Position numbers and translations under genes: made by a program | The notes under the pieces: model-generated | What the model was told of the DNA's origin: nothing | Database searches by the model: none | What the model saw: only the letters and a program-made list of their open reading frames with translations | Source of the DNA: a virus | Lineage: Duplodnaviria; Caudoviricetes | Length of the DNA: 64,000 bases | Virus record (IMG/VR): IMGVR_UViG_3300037067_027616 | Location: 192,001-256,000 of that record | Direction: 5' to 3' (one strand) | In this document: positions 63,375 to 64,000 of the stretch, in pieces | Numbering within the stretch: position 1 is the first letter of the stretch | Layout of the letters: every line of letters starts with the position of its first letter

Positions 63375-64000
63375 ATGTCCAGGACACGTATCACAAACCG
63401 TCTCGGTATAATAAAGACGGCCGCAGCTTCAAAACCGGGTGCTAAACCGAAAGAGGCCCCAACGAGGAACCTTTCAGGGTTTGATTACGAACCCTCCAAG
63501 GCAAAACACCTCAAGAGGAGCCTCCACAACATGAATGTGGCGCTTGGCACACTGCTTGCCGCCATGAAGGACTTGTCCCTGCTCCGTGGGTCTGAAGTCA
63601 CCCCTGATGGGATGCTCGGCGGACGCGGATTCGTGATGCCCTTCAAGGAACTCAAGGGCAAGCTCAATGAGGCCATCGGGTATCTTTCTGACATAACGGA
63701 TACCATCGCCGATGAACTCACAAATCCGAAGTGGAAGCTCAGTCGCAAGGAAGTCGGTGAGGTCCATAAGGAGAAGAAGGAGATCGAGGAGACCGTGGAC
63801 GATGCTGAAGATACCATCGAGACCCTCGAGGCCGCGAAGGCCAAGAAGAACAAGCCTTCTGATGAAAACGAGGAAAAGGAAATCAAAAAAAGACTCGAGC
63901 AGCAACAGGAAGAAACGCCTGCCGAGATCAAGGAAATAGATCCAAAAGACGTGGTGGACTCGGCAGAGGCCATCGCGATGAAGAGATACAAGGATTTGCT
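63375..64000 (+). CDS. Partial hypothetical protein (MSRTRITNRLG...TPDGMLGGRGFV...), runs off the window
   Basis: Manual translation; open to the window end; GGGG SD-like site. Confidence 0.7.
   Translation, partial: MSRTRITNRLGIIKTAAASKPGAKPKEAPTRNLSGFDYEPSKAKHLKRSLHNMNVALGTLLAAMKDLSLLRGSEVTPDGMLGGRGFVMPFKELKGKLNEAIGYLSDITDTIADELTNPKWKLSRKEVGEVHKEKKEIEETVDDAEDTIETLEAAKAKKNKPSDENEEKEIKKRLEQQQEETPAEIKEIDPKDVVDSAEAIAMKRYKDL

Noticed and set aside
1-64000. Genome-wide TAG reassignment (genetic code 15-like)
   Set aside because: Long conserved genes are intact in code 11, and many end at TAG with normal lengths (e.g. 9714, 28605, 36212, 53031). In-frame TAGs were seen only in the RF gene and one leader.

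Overview
A 64-kb fragment of a large (jumbo/huge-phage-like) bacteriophage genome read in the standard genetic code. The left ~18.5 kb (minus strand) holds 21 intact tRNA genes plus one half-tRNA, interleaved with translation- and repair-related genes: a Pth2-like hydrolase, an RNA ligase-like protein, NADAR, two phosphatases and a release factor. The middle and right carry NAD salvage (pncB, nadE), an intein-containing nucleotidyltransferase, an amidase, nrdDG and a bacterial-type replication/recombination set (dnaN, dnaX, holA, holB, primase, recA, ruvC, recD2, split sbcC, sbcD, 5'-3' exonuclease). Two DNA methyltransferases, a NusG-like factor and a sigma-like factor are also present. The main finding is a candidate translation-surveillance system. 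Three tRNA clusters each sit behind a TTGACA-17-TATATT promoter, a short leader peptide and an antiterminator/terminator pair, and each leader is packed with the codons read by its own downstream tRNAs (Gln/Asn/Pro; Lys/Val/Arg-CGN; Glu/Gly/Ile-ATA/Arg-AGR). A fourth leader contains two in-frame UAG codons and overlaps an anti-SD hairpin upstream of Pth2 and an amber (CUA) tRNA. The RF1-like gene is itself interrupted by an in-frame UAG. All of this was read by eye; no searches or folding programs were run.
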